Part shown: in pieces, positions 47,463 through 55,542 of the stretch
Layout: each line of letters starts with the position of its first letter
Position numbering within the stretch: the stretch's first letter is position 1
The notes under the pieces: generated by a model
Database searches by the model: none
What the model was told of the DNA's origin: nothing
The model's input: only the letters and a program-made list of their open reading frames with translations
Sequence record: OQ828465.1
DNA length: 64,000 bases
Reading direction: 5' to 3' (one strand)
Program-made: the position numbers and the translations under genes

Positions 47463-47892
47463 GCTATCTCTTACATTAGGGATGGTAAGTGGAGCCGTGC
47501 TCGGTAAGCTTGCTTGGGATTCTAGAGAAAAACTTTATGAATTCTATTATGGACGAATTATTATCCATAAACTGAAAGCTTATCAAAAGACCATGGATGT
47601 CGATAAACTACCGTTCCATCCAGCAACAGCAATGGCCCATTATCTTAAGGCTAGCATTAATGCATCCAAGGAGACACTTGTGTCACTGGATCTTCTTGAG
47701 AGCATTAATGAAGTAGGGCTTAAATATATTGAATCAGTGCGATGCCGTTATGATACTGCATGGCAAATGAGTCTGCACAGGAGGCTTGTCAAACGGCAGA
47801 AAGAGATTGAAGAAGAGAATCGTCGTATCGAAGAAGAAGAACGACGTAATCGGAAACAACTTGATCTGTTCGATGATGTGTCAGATGTGTAA
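47452..47892 (+). CDS. N-terminally anchored protein with charged coiled-coil tail
   Basis: Likely start ATG 47452 or 47440 (track start 47395). Confidence 0.7.
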   Translation: MNSKLSLTLGMVSGAVLGKLAWDSREKLYEFYYGRIIIHKLKAYQKTMDVDKLPFHPATAMAHYLKASINASKETLVSLDLLESINEVGLKYIESVRCRYDTAWQMSLHRRLVKRQKEIEEENRRIEEEERRNRKQLDLFDDVSDV

Positions 47893-47900
47893 CTGATAAT

Positions 47901-47918
47901 GGGAGTCTTCGGACTCCC
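47901..47918 (+). terminator. Intrinsic terminator
   Basis: GGGAGTC-TTCG-GACTCCC, then TTTT. Confidence 0.85.
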
Positions 47919-47979
47919 TTTTATTTTCTACATCGTATTATTTTTTAATCACTTCAATAAACGTAAATAGGTATACAAA

Positions 47980-48336
47980 ATGAATATTGATAAAGTATCA
48001 CTCTGTCTTGGTATTTTTGTTGGTTCAGTTACAATGTGTGCAGTTGGTAAAATCTATCATAAAACTGTTATTGATGTAAAAATCAATAAGTTGCGTAATG
48101 CTGCTTCAGTGTCTAATGAAATTCTTACAATGCTTTCTAAGCGTGCCTCTGTTATTCGCGCTGAGGTTATGCCAACCGCAGAAGACTTTATCGATTGTGA
48201 AGGTAAAGTACACAACAAACTCACTGAAGAGTTACAGGACATCGTCGCTGGTTTTAAAGTAGCGCCTGAACACGGGGCTAGTGTTAATACACGTATTAAT
48301 GATTGGTTCCTACAAACGTTCCCAACTGTTTACTAA
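47980..48336 (+). CDS. N-terminally anchored helical protein (paralog cluster)
   Basis: 118 aa. Confidence 0.75.
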   Translation: MNIDKVSLCLGIFVGSVTMCAVGKIYHKTVIDVKINKLRNAASVSNEILTMLSKRASVIRAEVMPTAEDFIDCEGKVHNKLTEELQDIVAGFKVAPEHGASVNTRINDWFLQTFPTVY

Positions 48337-48346
48337 TAGGTGATAT

Positions 48347-48769
48347 ATGTCAAAAGTAGTATTTCCTAATGGTCTACTAATAGCGCTCATGCAAAACTTC
48401 GATCACACTCTCGAATGTTTTGATCATGATGTTAGTGTTTTTAAAAAGGCACTCAGTGACCTAGATAATAAAATTAAAGGTGGTATTAAGTCACTTGATA
48501 ATGATTACCCTAATGCTAAAATTGCATTAGAACGCATTCTTGAAGAACTTTTTAAAAGAGGATTACATATCCCTGGGCCTTCTGGAAAAGCATTTGTCAT
48601 TGAAAAAGTTCACATTGTAGATAGCACAGGTGTGGCTAAGGCATACCGTGTCAGTTACAATGATGAAAAAGCTATGCCTGAATATGTATCAGCCGATAAT
48701 GTATGGGGTGCACTAATTTCATATCAAAAACGTAGTCGTAGTGCAAATCCATTCAAACCAACTGCGTGA
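48347..48769 (+). CDS. Hypothetical protein
   Basis: 140 aa, ATAGGTG SD. Confidence 0.75.
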   Translation: MSKVVFPNGLLIALMQNFDHTLECFDHDVSVFKKALSDLDNKIKGGIKSLDNDYPNAKIALERILEELFKRGLHIPGPSGKAFVIEKVHIVDSTGVAKAYRVSYNDEKAMPEYVSADNVWGALISYQKRSRSANPFKPTA

Positions 48770-48840
48770 AAAGGATCTGATGGTTAAAGCCATAATCCAT
48801 TATCGTATTACATAATACCTGCAAAAGAAGGAATAAGTCA

Positions 48841-49092
48841 ATGAGCGAATCTAAAGAAGTTATCAACATGGTGGAATGTTTTATCAGTGAATCTTACATG
48901 GAGCCAGGTGTTGACCACAATCGTCGGATTTTGATGCGTGAATACGGGATCAACCCTAACAGCGGTATACCACTTCGGGGGAACTGGGTTCTGCGTAACA
49001 TGCTCACTGGGGAATTTATCGACAATGATAAATACCTCAACGATATTGTTGAACGTAATTCCATCCAATTCGAACGCAATACCTTCGTCTAG
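48841..49092 (+). CDS. Hypothetical protein, paralog of 50086..50361
   Basis: REYGINP..RG.WV.R...TG.FID shared motif. Confidence 0.75.
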   Translation: MSESKEVINMVECFISESYMEPGVDHNRRILMREYGINPNSGIPLRGNWVLRNMLTGEFIDNDKYLNDIVERNSIQFERNTFV

Positions 49093-49127
49093 CTATAATT
49101 AATCCAAATCTGAAAATAGGTCAAACC

Positions 49128-49511
49128 ATGAACGAACACATTCAAAAGAAAATCAACCAGGGTACTGGCAGACTGGCTATGTGCAACTTCGACAAAATGA
49201 ACTATGTTCAGGGTCGTGAGTACTATGCTATCTCAGATAGTGGTTTACTTGAACAAATCGTTGCTCTATGCGCAGTTCAGTGGCCTCAGGAAATGGCCAA
49301 CTACCTGCATGATGAAAGCGCTCTGTTCTGGGCTCTTTTCGACCGTGGTATCGTAGCTGATGGTAAACCTCGCGCCGACCGTAAAGACTTCATCTACGAA
49401 CGCCTTGGTTTCATCCACAAGAAGAAGTTCAAAAAATACGGCTTGTCTATTCTACAGCGTGCGCGCACCCGCTCGATGGCTAGTTTTGAGAAAGCTCAAG
49501 AGACTTGCTGA
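49128..49511 (+). CDS. Hypothetical protein
   Basis: 127 aa; codon choice resembles the highly expressed capsid gene. Confidence 0.75.
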   Translation: MNEHIQKKINQGTGRLAMCNFDKMNYVQGREYYAISDSGLLEQIVALCAVQWPQEMANYLHDESALFWALFDRGIVADGKPRADRKDFIYERLGFIHKKKFKKYGLSILQRARTRSMASFEKAQETC

Positions 49512-49546
49512 GCTATGCTGCAACACCAATACGAGGATCGTTAATT

Positions 49547-50044
49547 ATGAACCGCATGATTCCTGCAAATGAGCGTGACAGTGAACTCAGTCTCTATGGC
49601 TATTTGACCTCTGTTGTAACTGGTGGGGTTGCTTGGGATTATAACCCTATCGTTCTGCTGGAGAAGATGTGTAATCGTGATGATGAGGCCATCTGCATGG
49701 GTGAACCCAATTACGATCAATTACGTTTGATCGGTGCAAGGGGTATGTTCGAACAGATCTCTGAAAACATCCTGTCTCGCAATGAACAAATCATGGATGG
49801 TGTTCGTGATTTCTTCAAAGATGGTCTCCAGTTGAAAACCAATGTAGATGACATGTTGGTGAGACTGAATTATCAAACTGTGCATAACGGGACTGATATG
49901 GGTGAGGTGATCATGGTAAACTTGTTCAAAAAAATTGATGGTGATTATGTGGTTGCTCATAAGTGCACATATGACCCTCAAGATTGGAAACATGCGTTAT
50001 ATTACTTCACCAATGCCTCCATGATCAGTCAAAAACAAAAATAA
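49547..50044 (+). CDS. Hypothetical protein
   Basis: Likely start ATG 49547 after GAGG (track start 49505). Confidence 0.7.
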   Translation: MNRMIPANERDSELSLYGYLTSVVTGGVAWDYNPIVLLEKMCNRDDEAICMGEPNYDQLRLIGARGMFEQISENILSRNEQIMDGVRDFFKDGLQLKTNVDDMLVRLNYQTVHNGTDMGEVIMVNLFKKIDGDYVVAHKCTYDPQDWKHALYYFTNASMISQKQK

Positions 50045-50085
50045 ATATCATGCATATCCCTTCAGGTAATTTTAGAGAGGTTAGT

Positions 50086-50361
50086 ATGAGCAATAAAGAT
50101 GTATCAATGATCCCAGTTTATGAAAATCACTTTGTCACTACTGGTGCTACTCCACGACATGAAGCAATTGTGGTATGTCGTGAATATGGTATTAATCCAT
50201 TAGATGATGCACCATTTCGGGGTTCATGGGTGATGCGCTACCGAGAGACTGGAAAATTCATTGATTGTTCCAGGGATATTGATGATTTAGCTAAGAAATA
50301 TAATCTGACCATTCATAAACCAACCATTGAATTATACACCAGCACGTATATTGGTCAATAG
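50086..50361 (+). CDS. Hypothetical protein, paralog of 48841..49092
   Basis: Likely start ATG 50086 after GAGG. Confidence 0.7.
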   Translation: MSNKDVSMIPVYENHFVTTGATPRHEAIVVCREYGINPLDDAPFRGSWVMRYRETGKFIDCSRDIDDLAKKYNLTIHKPTIELYTSTYIGQ

Positions 50362-50365
50362 AAAA

Positions 50366-50390
50366 AAACCACCCTATATAAGGGTGGTTT
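50366..50390 (+). terminator. Hairpin/terminator
   Basis: AAACCACCCT-ATATA-AGGGTGGTTT. Confidence 0.75.
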
Positions 50391-50406
50391 ATAAAAGAGG
50401 TGAAAT

Positions 50407-50670
50407 ATGCATAAACTTAATCCTGGTTGTTATCCATTAACTATAAATCCTAATGGTAAGTTTCTGAATAAAGACGATTTACGGAATCTTCCCAATGGGA
50501 TTTATGTAACTTCTCCGTTACATGGTCCTAGGGTATATAGCCATGATCGACGCGTTATGGTTGATGGTGATTATTGTTATCTAATCACTGCACCGAACAT
50601 AAAATTCAAGGTAAGTGATTTCTTTAAATATAATGTAGTTTATTATCCGAGCATTTACCTCAAGAGGTAA
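50407..50670 (+). CDS. Hypothetical protein, paralog of 51026..51253
   Basis: NLPNGIYVTSPLHGP...DRR motif. Confidence 0.7.
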   Translation: MHKLNPGCYPLTINPNGKFLNKDDLRNLPNGIYVTSPLHGPRVYSHDRRVMVDGDYCYLITAPNIKFKVSDFFKYNVVYYPSIYLKR

Positions 50671-50677
50671 TAAATAA

Positions 50678-50962
50678 ATGGCAAACGAATGCACTCCCGG
50701 TGTCTGGGATACACTAGTTGACTCGACAAAAGAAACTGAAAACCTACGTATCCGTTCCCAACTCATGCGGGCTCTCACCCGTACTATAAAGGGCTGGGAT
50801 CTTCCGCAAAAAGACGCTGCTGCTCGCCTACATGTTACGCAACCGAGATTGAATGATCTTCTCAAAGGCAAGATTGACAAGTTCTCTCTGGACGCCCTGG
50901 TAAACCTACTGGACGCGGCTGATCTGACTCTTGAGATATCAGTGATCCCACGTGCAGTATAA
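50678..50962 (+). CDS. XRE-family HTH protein, HigA-antitoxin-like
   Basis: VWDTL...LRIRSQLM...QKDAAARLHVTQPRLNDLLKGKIDKFSLDALVNLL. Confidence 0.85.
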   Translation: MANECTPGVWDTLVDSTKETENLRIRSQLMRALTRTIKGWDLPQKDAAARLHVTQPRLNDLLKGKIDKFSLDALVNLLDAADLTLEISVIPRAV

Positions 50963-51025
50963 ACCATGGGTCCGCAGCTTGATACGGCCATCGGGTGGTT
51001 TCATGACAGCAAGGAAATAAAGAAA

Positions 51026-51253
51026 ATGACAACTGATAAAAAGTTTAGTATTAAAGAACTCGGATGGGAAAAAGCCACTAATCTACCCGATGGTGAATAC
51101 TACACTATTCCTAAACATGGACCACAAAACTGGCGGTATGATCGCAAGATTATCAAAACCAAGAACAGTGTAAAACTGGTAAATGAACCAGATTATAGCT
51201 GGTCAGCCCCATTCTTTTTCGAGGCAAATAACTTGTTAATCGAAGAACCATGA
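51026..51253 (+). CDS. Hypothetical protein, paralog of 50407..50670
   Basis: NLPDGEYYTIPKHGP...DRK motif; likely start ATG 51026. Confidence 0.7.
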   Translation: MTTDKKFSIKELGWEKATNLPDGEYYTIPKHGPQNWRYDRKIIKTKNSVKLVNEPDYSWSAPFFFEANNLLIEEP

Positions 51254-51411
51254 CTATGAAACGATCACCAGGTTATTTTAAAAGAGTAGTAAAAGAACTA
51301 ACTGAGCGAGAGAACATTATACATCAGAAAGTTCTTAAATACATCAATGATAATCCGAATATTTCTTATAAAGAAGCACGTCAGATAGTAACTAAGGAGA
51401 TTATAAAGTGA
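51250..51411 (+). CDS. 53-aa basic protein (not in track)
   Basis: ATGA overlap upstream and GTGA overlap downstream; MTMKRSPGYFKRVVKELTERENIIHQKVLKYINDNPNISYKEARQIVTKEIIK. Confidence 0.7.
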   Translation: MTMKRSPGYFKRVVKELTERENIIHQKVLKYINDNPNISYKEARQIVTKEIIK

Positions 51412-51620
51412 CTATTTCAATTCCTGCATCAGTTCGTGGTGAGTTTGGAATTTATTACAAAAACAATAAGAATCTTCGCCTGGGTCAGGCATGGCATAAT
51501 TACATGCGTCTTGAAAATATCCAAAATGAAATGGATAAAGAATGGGCTGATAAACTCTGGAATGCTTCTGATAAAGAAGCAGCTGACATGGTTGATGAAG
51601 CCACTAATTGGACTATGTAA
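51408..51620 (+). CDS. Hypothetical protein
   Basis: 70 aa, GTG start after AAGGAG. Confidence 0.7.
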   Translation: MTISIPASVRGEFGIYYKNNKNLRLGQAWHNYMRLENIQNEMDKEWADKLWNASDKEAADMVDEATNWTM

Positions 51621-51659
51621 CTAAACAATATTCAATATAGTAAATAAGGAGAAATACAA

Positions 51660-51803
51660 ATGACCAATGAAGAAATTATCGCAGATGAAAGTAAATGGGC
51701 CGATGACAGTGAGGCGGTCGGCTGTGAACCAGTTGATCTGTTTATTGATTTTTACTGGGTAGAGCCCGCTCATCATACCCAAGAAGGAAAAGAGGATAAT
51801 TAA
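51660..51803 (+). CDS. 47-aa highly acidic protein (not in track)
   Basis: AAGGAG SD; 14 D/E against 2 K. Confidence 0.7.
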   Translation: MTNEEIIADESKWADDSEAVGCEPVDLFIDFYWVEPAHHTQEGKEDN

Positions 51804-51804
51804 C

Positions 51805-52080
51805 ATGGGTGAATATACACAGAATGGTATTCGTTATTTTCGTCCGGATGATACCGAAGATACCTTTTATGTCTTGGGTGATTGTTATGTGGCCAATACT
51901 ATCGCCGATATTATCAAGATGGCAACTAAGAAATGGGGTGATGGTATTACTCTTGATATGATTAATATCAGTACTGAATATATCCATACAAGTTGTCTAG
52001 GGTATGATGAGTACGACCCTAGCGATTATAGTAATTATCTATGCATCTCTCGTATTAGGGAACCATCGCTGGTTAAATAA
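51805..52080 (+). CDS. Hypothetical acidic protein
   Basis: 91 aa. Confidence 0.7.
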   Translation: MGEYTQNGIRYFRPDDTEDTFYVLGDCYVANTIADIIKMATKKWGDGITLDMINISTEYIHTSCLGYDEYDPSDYSNYLCISRIREPSLVK

Positions 52081-52093
52081 ATCAACGACATAA

Positions 52094-52115
52094 GCCCTCT
52101 CCTTCGGGAGAGGGC
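52094..52115 (+). terminator. Intrinsic terminator
   Basis: GCCCTCTCC-TTCG-GGAGAGGGC. Confidence 0.85.
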
Positions 52116-52245
52116 ATTTATTCAGTTAAACATTTAAGAATAAAAGAATTAGCCCTACTGCTGCAACAGTAGGGCTATATGCCGTTGAGTAAAAAATACT
52201 CAACATTTTCGCCCAAATGGGCTTGGATTAACAAGAGGAACCATC

Positions 52246-52551
52246 ATGTTAATTCCAGTTACCGCTAACAATGTTAGCCCTGACCTGCACAGAATGCAGG
52301 ATGTGGGTTTCTTTTTCAAGAGACCCGATGGATCAACCCATAGCATGTCAGTTGCGAAAATACACGCTGATAATGTTATCCAATGTCGAGATCGTAAAGG
52401 TCACTTCATTGGTTATTGGGCTGGTCCTACGATAGGATACGTCAACAACGCAAGTTTAGCCGTATCCATCAACCCCTTCGACAATTTCATAGTAACGGAC
52501 ACTGACATGGATCAGAAGAAGTTCTATGTAACCGAAAGGAGAAGCCTATGA
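52246..52551 (+). CDS. Hypothetical protein
   Basis: 101 aa, AAGAGG SD, structured leader. Confidence 0.75.
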   Translation: MLIPVTANNVSPDLHRMQDVGFFFKRPDGSTHSMSVAKIHADNVIQCRDRKGHFIGYWAGPTIGYVNNASLAVSINPFDNFIVTDTDMDQKKFYVTERRSL

Positions 52552-52559
52552 TAAACAAC

Positions 52560-52579
52560 CCCTCTCCTTCAGGAGAGGG
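52560..52579 (+). terminator. Intrinsic terminator
   Basis: CCCTCTCC-TTCA-GGAGAGGG. Confidence 0.8.
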
Positions 52580-52599
52580 ACTTATCTGAATTCTTTTTT

Positions 52600-53160
52600 T
52601 GTTTAAGTGAGAGCCGCCCGCTAAAGCGGCTCCCAAGTGGAGTTAAGTCTCCCGCTAAAGAGACACTCCAGTATACATGGGGTAGCGACTCCTCATGTAG
52701 ATATCCTAATTAATCTCTTTAGCTAGTAATCAATACCAGTTATCACTCGTTGATAATTGATTTGTTTATTAACTAATTTGACTTAATCAGAATAATCAAT
52801 ACATATTGTTAATAACCTAGTATATTATTACCAGTATCATTGAGTAATACTGGTAATCAAATATTACTCATGAATATTACCTAATGTGGAACTGATGAAT
52901 CGGATCGCCCCGTAGGGGCTTTTATTTCATAATAAACTATACCGAAGGTATATCCTTATTCTAATAATAAACAATATTAGCATTATTCTAATAGCGTTAG
53001 CTAATACATACTGTCTCCCTAAAAGGAGACACAGTGTAGATTATATTTTTTTTAATTAAAAAATAATAAGTCTAGAGATAGACTTTCTTTATGCCTTTAA
53101 TACCTTCTAATTTGCTCTATAATCGATTTTATTCATTATCTACTAGCATATTAGCCATAC
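52600..53160. repeat. ORF-free array of about ten inverted repeats; candidate origin or structured RNA
   Basis: Hairpins at 52611, 52638, 52674, 52740, 52827, 52907, 52938, 52988, 53012 and 53069. Confidence 0.7.
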
Positions 53161-53167
53161 GACATAA

Positions 53168-53187
53168 AAGCCCTCCTATGAGGGCTT
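53168..53187 (-). terminator. Terminator for the minus-strand dnaB-side genes
   Basis: AAGCCCTC-CTAT-GAGGGCTT. Confidence 0.75.
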
Positions 53188-53194
53188 AAATGCT

Positions 53195-53431
53195 TTATTT
53201 TTCATTAGTCGGATATAGGAGTACAATAGACTCTGCGCATACTTTAATAACTTGGATATTTTCACTGTCATTATTTTTTGATTGTTTATTTTTAACGCAG
53301 TATTCAAATTGTTGGGATTTGAGTTTATATACGTTATTGTTCTCTTCTCCCAGTATTCCTCCAAATACCAATCCTAGGATAAATATTAATAAACCACCAA
53401 TAAAGATAATATAAACATTACCATAGTACAT
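53195..53431 (-). CDS. Small membrane-anchored protein
   Basis: 78 aa, N-terminal TM helix. Confidence 0.65.
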   Translation of the reverse strand: MYYGNVYIIFIGGLLIFILGLVFGGILGEENNNVYKLKSQQFEYCVKNKQSKNNDSENIQVIKVCAESIVLLYPTNEK

Positions 53432-53432
53432 A

Positions 53433-53801
53433 TTACATTAACTCCTTTACATCATCTGGAATAGATTCACACCGATCTAAATCCCAGTAGATGTGTGTAT
53501 AGTGATCTTGGTTTACGATACTGATAAAATCCCCATTAGGATCGGGTAATGGTTTACGGATAATATCAACGTAAATAGTGTAATATAAATAAAGATCACT
53601 GATGAGTTCATCAATGTTTAAATTATTACCCTCTGCATATTTCCCATATTTAAAATAATGGGCTTCTTCTGCTACAGCATAACGGATTTTATCGTAATTT
53701 TGTGATGCGGCATATACACGTGCAAATAGAGGGCGATTAAACTTTCTACATTCACTAATATTTTTTCTTAAAGTATTTACTAAATTATCAATTGCACTCA
53801 T
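53433..53801 (-). CDS. Hypothetical protein
   Basis: 122 aa, ATAGG SD. Confidence 0.7.
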   Translation of the reverse strand: MSAIDNLVNTLRKNISECRKFNRPLFARVYAASQNYDKIRYAVAEEAHYFKYGKYAEGNNLNIDELISDLYLYYTIYVDIIRKPLPDPNGDFISIVNQDHYTHIYWDLDRCESIPDDVKELM

Positions 53802-53826
53802 TTAGATTACCTATTAAAATTATAGT

Positions 53827-53846
53827 GCTCTCCCCGAAGGGAGAGC
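53827..53846 (-). terminator. Terminator after dnaB
   Basis: GCTCTCCC-CGAA-GGGAGAGC (TTCG loop on the minus strand). Confidence 0.85.
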
Positions 53847-53855
53847 TTTATGTTG

Positions 53856-55403
53856 TTAATATCCCCAGTCATCTCCACCAGTTGCTTGCATGTTACTAAG
53901 ACTTGGTACGAAATCCATGTAATTGTTTTCTTCTTTATCGATATCCCATCTAATACCACCAATACGGTCTGGATCAAACGGCATAACAAAATAGTGATGC
54001 TTACTATCACTTACAACGTTACGGTGTTTACCACGTTGTACAGTTAGATAATACTTACCACTTACTTTAACAATGTGGAAGAAGAATTCCAGATCAGGTT
54101 CTTGCCCAAGTCGACGACAACCATCATAGTAACCTTTGTTAGCAACTTGTTTAACAAAGTCTTCTGGTGGGATATTATCCCTGATTAGTTCTAGTGCCTG
54201 AGAACTTAACTGGTGTGGACTAAAGAATGTAATACCACGTGGCGCAGTATAATTACGCATTCGCCTAAATAGGAGACGAACGTCATCACCTGCTACACTG
54301 GTTACTAATCCAGTTTTAGGCAACATGTTTAGATAATCTACGCAGAGATATTGTAGTTCATAACCACGTGCTTGATATGTATCTAGATAGTTAACTAAAC
54401 CAGCAATCGTAAATTCAGTCGGGTCAAAACGGTACATTACTGGCTCGAAACCATTTTCACGAAGACGAGCTGATACATATTCAGCTGCTTCAGCTTTACT
54501 AATGGAACTACGATCTACCTTGATACCTGTTTCATTTTCGTAAATATACTCATAAATGAAAATAAGGTTATCCGGAATCTCATTCTCAAGAGTAATAAAC
54601 ATTACTAATGGTTTCTTATTGATATCACGCATGTATGGTTTATTAAATAGACATACATGACAAAATAGACTCATAGAAACGCCAGATTTATATTGGTGTT
54701 GTAGGCCACCACCAATAATGAATTCACCACGTTTTAATGCACCTAGATCACCAAGCATACGGTTAAAGCCTTTCCATCCAGTTCGGAAAGCACCATTTGG
54801 TGAAAGAATGGTTTTAGCTTCTTCGAAGAATCCTTCAATAGAATCTAAATTACCAAAATCAAGTGCACCCATTTCAGCTGGGTGTTTCTCTTCAGCACGG
54901 GCGCGAATATATGGGTCAGCTCTGGTTGCCATTTCATTAATGATTGCCGGAATATCAGCAGAGCCTCTATTGAAAAGAATTTTTGATGAACATTCTTTTA
55001 CAATAGCTTTTACCTTTTCATCAGCTAAGTAGCTATTTAGATCACGACGATATGATGTTACACGCATAGCTAATGCCATGCCATTTGGAAATTCTTCTTC
55101 TACCGCATTTTTAACAGCATCGTATAGATAACTTTCTTCACGACAACATACTTGTAGTGATTGTAATACCTGTTGGGTAGCTGGGAAATATGTTTTCTGT
55201 TTCTTATTTAGATCCACTAGTAGATTACGAAGATCTAAAAATGTTTGCCGACCATGATCTACATCTAATGTACCACCCTTATCATTTAGAGTATCAAGAA
55301 TCTCGGTAACCAATTCATTGGATGGTTCCACAGGAGAATCTTCTCGATTTTCTAAACATAATAGAGTGATACATGAAACGAGTAATTGTTTTGGACTTGA
55401 CAT
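53856..55403 (-). CDS. dnaB: Replicative DnaB-like helicase (gp118-like)
   Basis: Variant Walker A GGLQHQYKS, ITLENE, Walker B LCVDYLNML, SPHQLS, RGKHR. Confidence 0.88.
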   Translation of the reverse strand: MSSPKQLLVSCITLLCLENREDSPVEPSNELVTEILDTLNDKGGTLDVDHGRQTFLDLRNLLVDLNKKQKTYFPATQQVLQSLQVCCREESYLYDAVKNAVEEEFPNGMALAMRVTSYRRDLNSYLADEKVKAIVKECSSKILFNRGSADIPAIINEMATRADPYIRARAEEKHPAEMGALDFGNLDSIEGFFEEAKTILSPNGAFRTGWKGFNRMLGDLGALKRGEFIIGGGLQHQYKSGVSMSLFCHVCLFNKPYMRDINKKPLVMFITLENEIPDNLIFIYEYIYENETGIKVDRSSISKAEAAEYVSARLRENGFEPVMYRFDPTEFTIAGLVNYLDTYQARGYELQYLCVDYLNMLPKTGLVTSVAGDDVRLLFRRMRNYTAPRGITFFSPHQLSSQALELIRDNIPPEDFVKQVANKGYYDGCRRLGQEPDLEFFFHIVKVSGKYYLTVQRGKHRNVVSDSKHHYFVMPFDPDRIGGIRWDIDKEENNYMDFVPSLSNMQATGGDDWGY

Positions 55404-55542
55404 TTTTATAGATTTCCAATTGTGAAATTAAGAGATGTACAGTGTATCATTTAGATAGCTAGTAATTTTAGTGAATGTATTTGCTATATTGCTATGTAGA
55501 CAGTTCCCAAAAGCCTAAAGTTACAATATAGGTACTTTCACA

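Noticed and set aside
50581-50991. 136-aa minus-strand ORF as the toxin partner of the HTH gene
   Set aside because: Antisense overlap of the HTH gene, with no RelE/HigB features
52600-53160. CRISPR array or tRNA cluster
   Set aside because: No regularly spaced direct repeats with spacers, and no cloverleaf with a T-loop motif
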